A stretch of DNA of 64,000 bases from Candidatus Bathyanammoxibius amoris (GCA_024451685.1 JAMXCW010000009.1:3872-67871), one strand, 5' to 3'; shown: positions 42,169 to 52,718, counted from the first letter of the stretch. Notes: generated from the sequence alone by a model not told the origin. A program made the numbers and translations.

Positions 42169-43371
42169 TTAGTCCAATTTCTTAATCGCGTCCGGGCCGC
42201 CTTCCGGGTACTTAATCAGGTCTGCCAATTCTTTCGCAGCCCCTTCAGGTGTTGGAGTGACGTTTACCCTGACCCATCCCTTTGGAAGCGCACCTTCAAG
42301 CACAATCTTATTTAAATCAGCCGTCACCCAGGACGTGGCCGGATTATATGAAACTATTTTGTTTTTCTCAACATCAATCACATTAAACATTGGCTGGAAG
42401 TAGTAGACCGAGTTGTTAAGGTCTACCAGGGTCTTCCAAACAGTCATCGAGGGGTTTGTCCCCCATGGGACCTGCATGGATTCAAGTATAGAAAGGGCCG
42501 TTCTAAGCGCGGCATTCATGCTGTCCGGCTCTGGTGAAAGCCTTGCTATCTGGTATGCGCGCGCGAACCGGCTTGGGGGTGACCAGTCTCCGGGGATGCC
42601 GCCGAAGCCCGTCCCGTTCATAGTGACGCCGTCGAACTTAGCTGCCGTACCTTCCGTAGTAACATAGTCGAACTGTTGGGCGTAGAGTACCTGCCAGTCG
42701 AAAGGAGGCGAATTGGTTATTACCGGGCCGGAATCGGGATAAATGTTCTGTTTCCCCTTGACCCACTCAACCACGGCCGAATCACCTTTTTTATCCCTCA
42801 AGACTATATGAAGGGGAGAAATTACGAATAAGCCGTCATGACCCGGCATGTACATCGGCATGGCATTTATTATAACCTGTACCTTTTTAAGCCTTTCCAG
42901 CGCATCCGAAACACTGCCGGCCGTGGCAAGCAGGTAGTTTGTTACCTCCATAATTCCTAGTGCGGGCCTGGGGTCTGCCGGGTCGTATCTGGGGTATTCG
43001 GTGAACTGAGGGAGATAAAAATAGCCCGTATACAGACCTTCGTCATTGACCCCGTCGAAAATCGCCGAGTTTCCCAGCCACGTCTGCCCCAGAAAGTTGT
43101 GCCCGGTAGTCCAGGTCAATGCCTTGATTTTCTGGCCTCCATGAAGTACGGTTAGGTCGGTGGTATTCTTGTCGCTCACCTTCCCCAGGCCAAAAATACC
43201 CCCCGAGCTAAGTGGAAAATCCATTGTGCGCGCCGTGGCCGTATAGCCGTTACCCGAAACCCCGACATTAGAACACCCCAGGGCGGGCCGGCCCCCGAAA
43301 AGCATGAAAATGCCCAGTAGAACCGACAGTGACATCAGATATCTTTCTGAGCTGCTGGAGATAATGTACAT
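42169..43371 (-). CDS. Choloylglycine hydrolase/linear amide C-N hydrolase (Cys-Ntn) family protein, secreted
   Basis: A signal peptide ending ALG is followed by the CSNVG nucleophile Cys context, plus RTMDF. Confidence 0.7.
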   Translation of the reverse strand: MYIISSSSERYLMSLSVLLGIFMLFGGRPALGCSNVGVSGNGYTATARTMDFPLSSGGIFGLGKVSDKNTTDLTVLHGGQKIKALTWTTGHNFLGQTWLGNSAIFDGVNDEGLYTGYFYLPQFTEYPRYDPADPRPALGIMEVTNYLLATAGSVSDALERLKKVQVIINAMPMYMPGHDGLFVISPLHIVLRDKKGDSAVVEWVKGKQNIYPDSGPVITNSPPFDWQVLYAQQFDYVTTEGTAAKFDGVTMNGTGFGGIPGDWSPPSRFARAYQIARLSPEPDSMNAALRTALSILESMQVPWGTNPSMTVWKTLVDLNNSVYYFQPMFNVIDVEKNKIVSYNPATSWVTADLNKIVLEGALPKGWVRVNVTPTPEGAAKELADLIKYPEGGPDAIKKLD

Positions 43372-43495
43372 GTCCTCCTCCTTCCATGAAAAGAACCGCC
43401 TTTACCTGCTATAATAGTTTAAGATTGGAGTCGTGGGTTTTTCAGGGCCTTAAGTTACGCCCCTGATAGCGAAAAGGTCAAGGTAAATTTGCAAC

Positions 43496-43524
43496 TTGAC
43501 TTGAAGACGGGTAAGGGTAATAAT
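43496..43524 (+). promoter_or_regulatory. Possible sigma-70 promoter of the sensor kinase/regulator pair
   Basis: TTGACT (43496-43501), 17-nt spacer, AATAAT (43519-43524). Confidence 0.3.
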
Positions 43525-43575
43525 GCCTGTATTGTCCGTGCTCTTTCTTCCTAAGGGCAGGGAGGGGAAAAGGTT

Positions 43576-45048
43576 GTGAAAAATAATAGTTCCCATCAAG
43601 GATCTCATCCTCCGGAGCAAAAGCCCCCCACAGCGGTAAGGTACAGGCTGATGTGGGTAATTCCCGCGACATTTGCACTTTTTACCATCGCATCGGGTTA
43701 TTTTGCCTTGAGTTTCAGCAAATACTTCTTCCTCCCACCCAGGAGTCCCAGCTACGAGGGTGTCGGCACATTATGGATACTGTTAGGGATATTTTCCCTG
43801 GCGGGTCTCGCCGCAATCTCAGGTGCGATGATAGCCTACGCCATAACCGAACCCTTAAAGAAGCTGAGTAAAAGGGCCGAAATGCTTGCGCCCGGCAGGG
43901 ACATCAAAGCCCCGGACGAGTTGTCGCTCCTGAGCAAGACAATAGAAGAGGTGTTCTCCTCGCTGGACCATTACATGGAGGAAGGCAAATTGATGGAGGT
44001 GCTTTCCCAGGGAGCGGTAACACTCGACGGGGAAGGCAGGGTCACACATATAAACAGGGTAGCGGAAAGGGCGCTGGACACGAGTTTTGAAGAGGCCGAG
44101 GGCGCTCATTTCCGCGATATATTCCTGGAAACCCCTGAAAACACGATATTCTTAAACCTCATAGATAACGCCGTAAAAGACAACAGCACCCAGATTTTTG
44201 AAGACATGGAGGTCAACAAGAAAAAGGGTTCTGTAAAACTAAACGGCAGGATAACCCCGAAAGCCGACGATACCGGCAGGCCCGCAGGGCTTGTCATTAC
44301 CTTCCAGGACCCGACCGAGGCAGAACACATACGGGACTGGATAAGGCAGGCGGACCAGATGGCAGGACTTGGCACAATGGCCGCGGGCTTTGCCCACGAG
44401 ATAAGAAACCCACTGGCATCTATCCGTGGGCTGATGGAGCTTATCAGGGAGGATTTAGATGAGACAGACCCCAAGAGGAGATACGCGGACACCATTATCG
44501 GCGAGGTGGACCGCGCGAACAAGCTTGTAGAAGAGGTGCTGGACTTCGCCCAGACGGAGTCTGCCGCGCCCGAACCAGTGGACGTAAACAGCCTCCTCCG
44601 ACAGGCAATAAGTGTGAGCAAATACCATATACCGGAAAAAGAGGTCACCGTGTCAGAAGACCTGGAGAAAGGACTGCCACTCGTCCTCGCCCGGCCGGAG
44701 AAACTAACCCAGGCCTTTGGAAACCTCCTTGTTAACGCGATAGCAGCGACACCTGAGGGCGGAAGTGTCCGCGTAAGCAGCACCCTGGAGGATGGCACCC
44801 CGGGTTTTAACGAGGGGGCTGTGCAGCCAAAAAGGCTCATAGTCCGCTTTTCCAATACCGGTTCATTCATACCACCGGAAGATATAGAAAGGGTATTCCT
44901 GCCGTTTTTTACCACCAAGTCCGACGGCACGGGCCTCGGGCTGCCTATAACCCACCGTATCGTATCCGCCCATGGGGGGAAGATACGGGTGGAAAGCGGC
45001 AGAGACAAGGGCACAACCTTTGAAGTCGAGTTACCAACTTTCGCATAG
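43576..45048 (+). CDS. Sensor histidine kinase (2 TM, PAS, HisKA, HATPase_c), PilS/NtrB-like
   Basis: H-box FAHEIRNPLASI, N box NLLVNAI and G box GTGLGLPI. Confidence 0.85.
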   Translation: MKNNSSHQGSHPPEQKPPTAVRYRLMWVIPATFALFTIASGYFALSFSKYFFLPPRSPSYEGVGTLWILLGIFSLAGLAAISGAMIAYAITEPLKKLSKRAEMLAPGRDIKAPDELSLLSKTIEEVFSSLDHYMEEGKLMEVLSQGAVTLDGEGRVTHINRVAERALDTSFEEAEGAHFRDIFLETPENTIFLNLIDNAVKDNSTQIFEDMEVNKKKGSVKLNGRITPKADDTGRPAGLVITFQDPTEAEHIRDWIRQADQMAGLGTMAAGFAHEIRNPLASIRGLMELIREDLDETDPKRRYADTIIGEVDRANKLVEEVLDFAQTESAAPEPVDVNSLLRQAISVSKYHIPEKEVTVSEDLEKGLPLVLARPEKLTQAFGNLLVNAIAATPEGGSVRVSSTLEDGTPGFNEGAVQPKRLIVRFSNTGSFIPPEDIERVFLPFFTTKSDGTGLGLPITHRIVSAHGGKIRVESGRDKGTTFEVELPTFA

Positions 45049-45059
45049 GTTTTTAAGAC

Positions 45060-46427
45060 ATGACAGACAAGATACTTATAGTTGATGACGAACAGTCAAT
45101 ACTGTTCTTTATGAAAGAGGCCTTGACCAAGAAGGGCTATCAGGTCGACTCCGCCACCAGCGCCGAGACGGGCATCTCGAAGGTAAAACAGGACGCGTTC
45201 AGCCTCATTGTGCTTGACGTACGGCTGCCGGGTATGAGCGGTATAGATGCGATAAAGAAGTTTCGCGGGCTGGACCCCCACGTCCCCATAATTATTATGA
45301 CCGCCTATGGAAACAGAGACCTGGCGATAAGGGCAGTCCGGGAGGGGGCGTATGACTTCTTTACCAAGCCGATCAAACTGGACGAATTCCTGATAGTCCT
45401 CAAGCGGGCCTTAGAAAAGAGACGGCTCGAACTGGAAATCTCCCGGCTGGAAGAAAGGATTGAGAAGAAGTACAAGTATGAGAACATCATAGGTTCCAGC
45501 GGCGTCATGCAAGAGGTCTTCACCATAGTGCACAAGGTCGCTGGAACCGACTCGTCCGTCATCATATACGGCGAGAGCGGTACGGGAAAGGAACTCATCG
45601 CCCAGGCCATCCACGCACAAAGCACAAGGCGTGAAGAGCCGTTCGTGAAACTTAACTGTGTGGCCATACCTGAGGGCCTGCTGGAGAGTGAACTCTTCGG
45701 GCATGAAAAGGGTTCTTTCACCGGTGCCGTTGCACAAAAGAAAGGAAAATTCGAGCTGGCCAACGGCGGCACCATATTCCTGGACGAAATCGGCGACATG
45801 ACCCTTGCCACCCAGGCAAAGATACTGCGAGTGCTCCAGGAGAGGGAGTTTGAGAGGGTCGGGGGCACAAAGACCGTTCAGGTTGACGTGAGGATAATCG
45901 CCGCAACAAACAAGGACCTGCAAAAGGCCGTGGAGCAGAAACAATTTAGAGAAGACCTGTACTTTAGGCTAAACGTAGTGCCTATCTATCTCCCGCCACT
46001 GAGAGAAAGAAAAGAGGACATCCCCCTCCTGGTGGAACATTTCCTCAAAGGGGTCGGCGAAAGGGTAAAGAAACACATTAGCGGCGTTACCCCCGATGCC
46101 GTTGACATGCTTGCGGCCTATAACTGGCCGGGAAACGTGAGAGAATTAGAGAACTGCATTGAACGCTCGGCCGTGGTCTCCAACGGAGACTGGATTACCA
46201 AGGACTGTTTGCCGCTTTACATAGTTACCGGAGAAAAGGCCGAATCGTTAAGTAAAGGCTCAATAGAAGAAATACTGAGCTCTACAGAAAAGAGACTGAT
46301 ACTCGACGCACTGTCGCAGTCCGGTGGCGTTCAGGCAAAGGCCGCCAGGCGCCTGGGCATTACCGAAAGAAGCCTGTGGCACAGGATAAAAAAATACAAT
46401 ATAAAGATACCCGGACACGGCAAATGA
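45060..46427 (+). CDS. Sigma-54-dependent Fis-family response regulator (NtrC/PilR-like)
   Basis: Receiver domain (LVLDVRLPGMSG), AAA+ GESGTGKEL, GSFTGA (GAFTGA variant) and a C-terminal HTH AARRLGITERSLWHRIKKY. Confidence 0.9.
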   Translation: MTDKILIVDDEQSILFFMKEALTKKGYQVDSATSAETGISKVKQDAFSLIVLDVRLPGMSGIDAIKKFRGLDPHVPIIIMTAYGNRDLAIRAVREGAYDFFTKPIKLDEFLIVLKRALEKRRLELEISRLEERIEKKYKYENIIGSSGVMQEVFTIVHKVAGTDSSVIIYGESGTGKELIAQAIHAQSTRREEPFVKLNCVAIPEGLLESELFGHEKGSFTGAVAQKKGKFELANGGTIFLDEIGDMTLATQAKILRVLQEREFERVGGTKTVQVDVRIIAATNKDLQKAVEQKQFREDLYFRLNVVPIYLPPLRERKEDIPLLVEHFLKGVGERVKKHISGVTPDAVDMLAAYNWPGNVRELENCIERSAVVSNGDWITKDCLPLYIVTGEKAESLSKGSIEEILSSTEKRLILDALSQSGGVQAKAARRLGITERSLWHRIKKYNIKIPGHGK

Positions 46428-46652
46428 TAACCCCGGAGGTGTTTCCTGTAGTAAGCGGGCCGCTGTTATAGTATAATTTTGCGCATATAACCCTCAACCA
46501 GCTAACATGCTTTGCCACACGAGGCTTTCACGTTCGGGGTTTAGACGGCGTTTCCGACTTAAAAACACGTATGCCCCCGAAGAGCCACATTGAAGATGGG
46601 GCAATAGAGTGAGGGTTTTCATGGTGCCGTCCGGTTTGGAGGTTAGATAGAA

Positions 46653-48353
46653 GTGCTTCTTGGTGAAAAATTAATAAAGGAAGGCCTTGTAACGGAAGAA
46701 CAGCTCGAGGTCGCCCTCAGAGAGCAGAAAAGTACCGGTGTGCTGCTTGGCGAGGTGCTTCACACCTTGGGGTTCGTAAGCCAGGAGGTTATTACAGAAA
46801 TCCTTGCCCGGGACGCGGGGGTGGAATGCATAAAACTTAAAGAATATGAGTTCTCCGATGAGGCTATAGGGCTTGTACCGGAGGCCTTCGCCCGCAGGCA
46901 TAAGCTTGTCCCGATGTCGGTAAATAACGGGACCCTCAAGGTTGCCATGGCAAACATTTTTGACGTCGCCGTTATAGACGAGCTGCAGGACCTGACTGAA
47001 TATTACGTCGAGGTTGCGGCAAGCACAGAGAACGATATCACTGAGGCGATAAGCCGTTGCTACGGCACCGGGGGGACTGCGGCGGTAGAGGCCTCGGATA
47101 TCCAGGTCGACGGCCAACCCATCGAGTCCCTTATAGAAGAGAACATAAGGCTGGCCGAGACGCAAATAGGCAGAGAGGGAGACGCGGCGGACCTTACCGT
47201 CGTTGCCCCGATTATAAATCTCATAGACCTGCTTATAACCTACGCGGCCAAACAGGATGCCACGGACCTGCACATAGAACCGGACGAAAAGATAATTAGA
47301 ACCAGGTACAGGATAGACGGCATCCTGCATCAGGGCCCGTCCATTCCGAAGGAACTGCTGTCCCCGATCACGGTCAGAATAAAAATCATGTCCGGCATGA
47401 ACATCTCGGAGGCCAGACTCCCCCAGGACGGCAGGATAAAATTCCAAATGGGTGACAAAGTCATGGACTTAAGGGTCTCCAGCTTTCCCACCACGTTTGG
47501 AGAGACCATGGCCATGAGATTGCTTGACAAAGAAAAGCTGGTGAGGGGGCTCGAGAGCCTGGGCTTTTCTGAAAGCAATCTGGCAATATTCAAAAAGGCC
47601 ATAGACAGACCCCACGGTATCATCCTTTCCACGGGGCCTACCGGCTCAGGTAAGACCACCACTCTGTACTCCACCCTGACCTATCTCAACAGTCTGGAGA
47701 GAAAGATAATCACCGTGGAAGACCCTGTAGAATATGAGTTGCCCATAATACGTCAGTCGCAGGTTAACCCGAAGGCCGGGCTCACCTTTGCCGTCGGGCT
47801 CAGGTCAATATTGAGACAGGACCCTGACGTGATATTTGTCGGTGAGATAAGGGATGGTGAGACAGCGGAGATGGCCGTGAGGGCTGCCCTGACGGGCCAC
47901 CTGGTCTTCAGCACCCTTCACACCAACGATGCGGTTGGCGCCATACCCAGATTAATGGACATGGGGGTTGAACCGTTCCTCCTGTCCTCCTCGCTGGTTG
48001 CCGTTATAGCGCAAAGACTCGTCAGGACCATCTGCAAGCGTTGCAAGGAAGAAATAACTGCGGACCCGTCACTGGTGGACCTCCTGGGAGACGAAGAAGT
48101 AACTCGCGGCATGAAATTCTATCACGGTAGGGGCTGTGCTTACTGCAGGGGCACGGGCTACCGGGGCAGGATCGCCGTTATTGAAATGCTCAGCGTAACT
48201 TCCACAATAAGCGATCTGATAATAAAACGTGCCGACGGCAACACCATCAAGGTGACAGCCGTAAAAGAGGGACTCAAGACCCTCAAGGAAGACGGTATCG
48301 AAAAGATTGCGCAGGGTATTACCACGATAGAGGAGGTCCTTAAGTTGTTCTAA
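46653..48353 (+). CDS. GspE/PilB family type II/IV secretion ATPase
   Basis: N-terminal GSPII_E_N-like domain, Walker A GPTGSGKTT and a tetracysteine motif CKRC...CAYC. GTG start. Confidence 0.9.
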   Translation: MLLGEKLIKEGLVTEEQLEVALREQKSTGVLLGEVLHTLGFVSQEVITEILARDAGVECIKLKEYEFSDEAIGLVPEAFARRHKLVPMSVNNGTLKVAMANIFDVAVIDELQDLTEYYVEVAASTENDITEAISRCYGTGGTAAVEASDIQVDGQPIESLIEENIRLAETQIGREGDAADLTVVAPIINLIDLLITYAAKQDATDLHIEPDEKIIRTRYRIDGILHQGPSIPKELLSPITVRIKIMSGMNISEARLPQDGRIKFQMGDKVMDLRVSSFPTTFGETMAMRLLDKEKLVRGLESLGFSESNLAIFKKAIDRPHGIILSTGPTGSGKTTTLYSTLTYLNSLERKIITVEDPVEYELPIIRQSQVNPKAGLTFAVGLRSILRQDPDVIFVGEIRDGETAEMAVRAALTGHLVFSTLHTNDAVGAIPRLMDMGVEPFLLSSSLVAVIAQRLVRTICKRCKEEITADPSLVDLLGDEEVTRGMKFYHGRGCAYCRGTGYRGRIAVIEMLSVTSTISDLIIKRADGNTIKVTAVKEGLKTLKEDGIEKIAQGITTIEEVLKLF

Positions 48354-48359
48354 AGCCCT

Positions 48360-49595
48360 ATGCCACCTTACAACTACACTGCCATAGACGACTACGGGAA
48401 GACCGTAAAGGGGACGCTTGGAGCAGGAGACGAAGAAGAACTTGCGACGAAGCTGTCCGAAATGGGCTACTATCTCCTCACTGCCACCGAGTCCGGAAAA
48501 GGAAAAAAGAAGGCGGCGAGGGAGCGAAAGACCTCCAGGGGAGCAATCTACATAGGCAGGGTAAAGTCAAGCGAAGTAATAACCTTCACCCATCACCTTT
48601 CCACAGTACTCTCGGCAGGCATCCCCATCATCCAGGGTCTTGATGACCTGGTTGAACAAACACAGGACGCACGGTTCAAAAACATACTTGCAGAAGTGAG
48701 AGATGACGTGCAGGGGGGGAGCAGCCTCTCAAACGCCATGGCAAAACACCCGAAGGCCTTTCCCGAACTCTACATAAACCTCCTCAAGGCCGGTGAGGCC
48801 TCCGGTGAAGTAGACAGGGTCCTCACTGAAATAGCGTCGTTCCTGGAGTGGCAGGAAGATATGAAGGCCAACATTAAACAAATAACCATTTACCCCGCCA
48901 TCGTTTTTGCTGCAATCGTCCTGCTGGTGGGATATCTTTTTGCCTTTGTCTTTCCAAAGTTCATCAAGATTCTTGAACAGTTAGACGTACCCCTGCCGCT
49001 TCCCACCGTTATAGTGATAGCCGTAAGCAGCTTTACACAGAGTTACTGGTACTTAATCCTTATAGGTATAGGAGGGGTGATAGGCACCATAAACATCATC
49101 GTACGGTTCCCATGGGGGAGATACGCCTTTGATAGATTTAAATTGAGTATACCCATTTTCGGGACATTGCTGCGCAAGATAGCCCTCTCGCGTTTTGCTC
49201 ACTTCCTGGCCCTGCTTTATTCCGCCGGTGTAGACATCCTTCAGGCCCTGGCAGTGGTGGAGAAGGTCGTTGGAAACGAGGTCATAGCCAGGGTGATACG
49301 CAACGCGCGGGAGCAGGTAAAGGCGGGCCACCGGCTCTCTGAACCGCTGAGGGCAAGCAAGGAGTTCCCGCCCATGGTGGTAAGGATGGTAGAAATCGGC
49401 GAGATAAGCGGTCAGCTAGACAAGACCCTGCAAAAAGTAAGCGAATTCTACGACCGGGAGATTCCACAAACGGTCAAAAAGGTTTTTGCCGCCTTTGAGC
49501 CCATTATGATAGTGTTTTTGGCCGGGATAGTCCTCCTGGTGGCCATTTCTATGTATCTGCCCCTGTACAGCTCTCTGGGCAAGCTCGGACATTAA
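48360..49595 (+). CDS. GspF/PilC family platform protein
   Basis: Two repeats of the T2SF domain and 3 TM segments; 411 aa. Confidence 0.9.
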   Translation: MPPYNYTAIDDYGKTVKGTLGAGDEEELATKLSEMGYYLLTATESGKGKKKAARERKTSRGAIYIGRVKSSEVITFTHHLSTVLSAGIPIIQGLDDLVEQTQDARFKNILAEVRDDVQGGSSLSNAMAKHPKAFPELYINLLKAGEASGEVDRVLTEIASFLEWQEDMKANIKQITIYPAIVFAAIVLLVGYLFAFVFPKFIKILEQLDVPLPLPTVIVIAVSSFTQSYWYLILIGIGGVIGTINIIVRFPWGRYAFDRFKLSIPIFGTLLRKIALSRFAHFLALLYSAGVDILQALAVVEKVVGNEVIARVIRNAREQVKAGHRLSEPLRASKEFPPMVVRMVEIGEISGQLDKTLQKVSEFYDREIPQTVKKVFAAFEPIMIVFLAGIVLLVAISMYLPLYSSLGKLGH

Positions 49596-49633
49596 GGCGG
49601 TCTCGCACCCTCGATTTTATTCGGGAAGGTTTT

Positions 49634-51181
49634 ATGGCAAAAAGCGTCCCTGTAATAGGAATGGAAGTAGTCCAGCGGCAGTCGACACTACAGATCAAGC
49701 TGGTGGAGATGACAAGCTCGGCGGAAAAGCTGGAAGTAACGGACTTTGTAATAGAGGAACTACAGGGGGGGTTAAAGCTTGTTGGTCCACGATTAAGTAA
49801 AATATTGCAGGAACGAGGGTTCAAAGCAAAGAGCATTAACGCCATCATACCGTATCCGTCCATCGATTATCACCAGGTCTCCTTACCGCCAATGTCCAAA
49901 CGCGACACGCGGATGGCGGCAGACAGGGAGGCCAGAAAGGACCTGAAGTTTCCCGCCGATGAACTCGTTTTTGACTATGAAGTAGTGGGAGAATCTGAAG
50001 AGAAGGGCTTGCAAAAAATAGAGCTCGTTGTGGCCAGGGCACAGTCGAAGGACATGGCGGAGCTGTTTTCAATAGCCGGTGAATCCCGCCTGAAGCTGAG
50101 CTCTTTAACGGTAGTGCCTGCCGCGCTGCGTAACCTGTTCTGGATGAGGGGAGGGGCGGGAGACGAAACGGTGGCAATGGTCCATGACGGTGGCGAAAAG
50201 GGAACGATAGTAATCTTCTACCAGGGGAATCTACGGTTTCCCCGGGAGTTTCCACTAAGGCGCGGCTCGGAGGCCGACGTGTCCGCAGAACGTACCGGTC
50301 GCCTGGTGGCGGAACTAAAACGCTCTCTTCTGTTTGCAAAACAACAGGCAAGAGGACTTACGGTAGAAAAAATACTGCTTCTGGGCGAGAGGGCCCAACC
50401 CGACGCCCTTGCGAACGCGATATCCTCCGAGACCGGCATACAGACTGAAATATATGCCCCCCTGGATCTCGATCTCTCGCCCCTTGGCGACAGGGTCGGT
50501 GAGTTCAGGGAGTCACTCTCCACGCTGGCAATCCCGCTGGGGCTGGCATGGAACGGACACGAACACTCCACGCTGAACTTGATGTCGATGCAGTTGACCG
50601 AGCAAAGGAAATCCTCTCTGGCAAAGAAGATTTTAATTGCGGCCAGCATCCTGCTTATCATATTTCTTGCCGGAGACTACTTCCTGTTACGGCATAAGGT
50701 GAAGCCATATAAAGAAGAGCTTCAGGGATTGAACCGCGATATCGCCTCGCTCAGACCTCAGACTCGCGACATGCAGGAAATAGAAAAAGAGAGAGGGTTA
50801 CTGGGAACCCGGCGTGTCTTTCTGGGCAAGATGCTGGGTCCCGTGTCACCCTGGAGTGAGATTCTAAGGACTATCAGTCTATGCGTATCTGACGAGATGC
50901 TCCTTGATTCAGTTGACATAAAAGAGGACGAAAAGGGCTGGAGACTTGAAATCCGTGGAGAGGTCGTCGGCTCAGACGCCGCCTTCGTGCAGAGGGTATT
51001 TAGGGAATTCTTTTCCAGGTTGCTGACAAATCCGTCTCTAAGCGATGGAGTGGTAGAATCTTTCACGATAGGTCCAACCGCTGTGGCAGGGGGTGCGAGA
51101 GGAACGCTAGCGAGTAAACTCGAATTTACGGTAGCCGCACAAATAATGTCTAAGGAGCCCAAAGGTGGCACTAAAGAATAG
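49634..51181 (+). CDS. PilM-like actin-fold domain fused to a TM + PilN-like coiled-coil domain
   Basis: N-terminal ~330 aa are PilM-like (VIGMEV..., LTVVPAALRNLF), followed by TM LAKKILIAASILLIIFLAGDYFLL and then a coiled coil. Confidence 0.5.
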   Translation: MAKSVPVIGMEVVQRQSTLQIKLVEMTSSAEKLEVTDFVIEELQGGLKLVGPRLSKILQERGFKAKSINAIIPYPSIDYHQVSLPPMSKRDTRMAADREARKDLKFPADELVFDYEVVGESEEKGLQKIELVVARAQSKDMAELFSIAGESRLKLSSLTVVPAALRNLFWMRGGAGDETVAMVHDGGEKGTIVIFYQGNLRFPREFPLRRGSEADVSAERTGRLVAELKRSLLFAKQQARGLTVEKILLLGERAQPDALANAISSETGIQTEIYAPLDLDLSPLGDRVGEFRESLSTLAIPLGLAWNGHEHSTLNLMSMQLTEQRKSSLAKKILIAASILLIIFLAGDYFLLRHKVKPYKEELQGLNRDIASLRPQTRDMQEIEKERGLLGTRRVFLGKMLGPVSPWSEILRTISLCVSDEMLLDSVDIKEDEKGWRLEIRGEVVGSDAAFVQRVFREFFSRLLTNPSLSDGVVESFTIGPTAVAGGARGTLASKLEFTVAAQIMSKEPKGGTKE

Positions 51182-51767
51182 ACTGGGGGGTCTGGGAAAG
51201 CTTTCCAGACACGTTCGGATATGGCTGCTGGGAATTCCCATCATTGTAGCCGCAGGTTTAATCTATTTCATGGTGGTAAAGCCGAAGGCCGGAGACATAG
51301 AAAACATGCGAAGGGACATAAGCCAGGTACAATCGATGGTCAGGGCAGAACGTCAACTACTGGCAACCTTTGCACCCCTCAGCAAAGAAGAACAGGGACT
51401 GATAAAGGTAACAAAAAGGAGTATCAACGCCTTTAAGGAAAAGCTGCTTACGAGAAATGAGATATACGCGAGGGTGACGCAGAAAGCCAGAAGCTGTAAT
51501 ATAACCGGTATATCAATCGACCCTAACTACGTACCCCCGCCGGAAAAAGAAGGAGAAGAAAAGAAAGAAAACGTCGCAACATATGCCGATATAGAGGCTG
51601 ATATGTCTTTGGTAAAACTAATCTTTTATTCAAAGCTTAAAAATCTTGGCTGTTTCCTCACCGGTGTCGAGGAAAAAAAGATTATATTGTTAAAATCTCT
51701 CACCATAACCAGAAAGCTTCCCGAACCAACTATAGAGATCATCTTCAGGGTGTTTGCAAAGGAATAG
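51165..51767 (+). CDS. PilO-like bitopic membrane protein
   Basis: N-terminal TM IWLLGIPIIVAAGLIYFMVV followed by a coiled coil. It overlaps the upstream gene by 17 nt. Confidence 0.35.
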   Translation: MALKNRLGGLGKLSRHVRIWLLGIPIIVAAGLIYFMVVKPKAGDIENMRRDISQVQSMVRAERQLLATFAPLSKEEQGLIKVTKRSINAFKEKLLTRNEIYARVTQKARSCNITGISIDPNYVPPPEKEGEEKKENVATYADIEADMSLVKLIFYSKLKNLGCFLTGVEEKKIILLKSLTITRKLPEPTIEIIFRVFAKE

Positions 51768-51821
51768 AGAAATAAAGATAATACCGGTAGGGACGGCCAT
51801 CCGGGCTGCCCCGATGGCCCT

Positions 51822-52718
51822 GTGGAGTTGTTGACAATTATGACGGACTCATCCGCCACTACAACACGTCTGGCGGAGGCCTACAAACTGCTCTCACCCT
51901 GCAGGCTCTGCCCCAGGAACTGCAAGGTAATGCGGCTTGAGGGCCAAACAGGCTTTTGCGGGATAGGACGGGAGGCGGTGGTATCCTCCTACGGGCCCCA
52001 CTTCGGGGAGGAAAGACCCCTGGTGGGCCGCCACGGCTCCGGGACTATATTCTTCGCGGGCTGCAACCTCGGCTGCCTGTTCTGCCAGAACTACGACATA
52101 AGCCACCTCCGCTCGGGCAAAGAGGTCTCGACCGAATATATCGCCTCTACAATGCTGGCCCTGGAAGAACGCGGATGCCATAACGTAAACTTTGTCACAC
52201 CCACCCACGTAAGCCCCCAGATTATGGAGGCCACCCGGATTGCCCGCAAAAAGGGCCTGAGTGTGCCGACCGTCTATAACTGCGGCGGTTATGAGTCGGT
52301 AGAGACACTCAAACTCCTTGAGGGCACAATAGATATTTACATGCCGGACGCGAAATACGCCCATCCCCGCTGGGCGGAGAAATTCTCAAGGGCCGGGGAC
52401 TACCCGGAGGTGATGAGGGCCGCGCTGAAAGAGATGCACCGGCAGGTGGGCGACCTGGTCATAGAGGACGGCGTCGCCGTAAGGGGTCTGCTGGTAAGAC
52501 ATCTTGTCATGCCCAACAACGTCGCCGGCAGCAGGGAAATCATAGACTTTATCGCCGGAGAAATATCACCGAGTACATACATAAATATAATGGACCAGTA
52601 TTATCCCTGTTACAAGGCCGGCGAGTTTTTTGGCGAGATAGACCGCCGCATCACCCGCGAAGAGTTTAACGACGCCTACACCTACGCCCGGGAGAAGGGC
52701 CTCAGACTCGCGGAGTAG
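51822..52718 (+). CDS. Radical SAM protein (PflX/COG1313-like activase homolog)
   Basis: CNLGCLFCQN CX3CX2C-type motif and an N-terminal CRLCPRNC. An ATG at 51840 is an alternative start. Confidence 0.75.
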   Translation: MELLTIMTDSSATTTRLAEAYKLLSPCRLCPRNCKVMRLEGQTGFCGIGREAVVSSYGPHFGEERPLVGRHGSGTIFFAGCNLGCLFCQNYDISHLRSGKEVSTEYIASTMLALEERGCHNVNFVTPTHVSPQIMEATRIARKKGLSVPTVYNCGGYESVETLKLLEGTIDIYMPDAKYAHPRWAEKFSRAGDYPEVMRAALKEMHRQVGDLVIEDGVAVRGLLVRHLVMPNNVAGSREIIDFIAGEISPSTYINIMDQYYPCYKAGEFFGEIDRRITREEFNDAYTYAREKGLRLAE

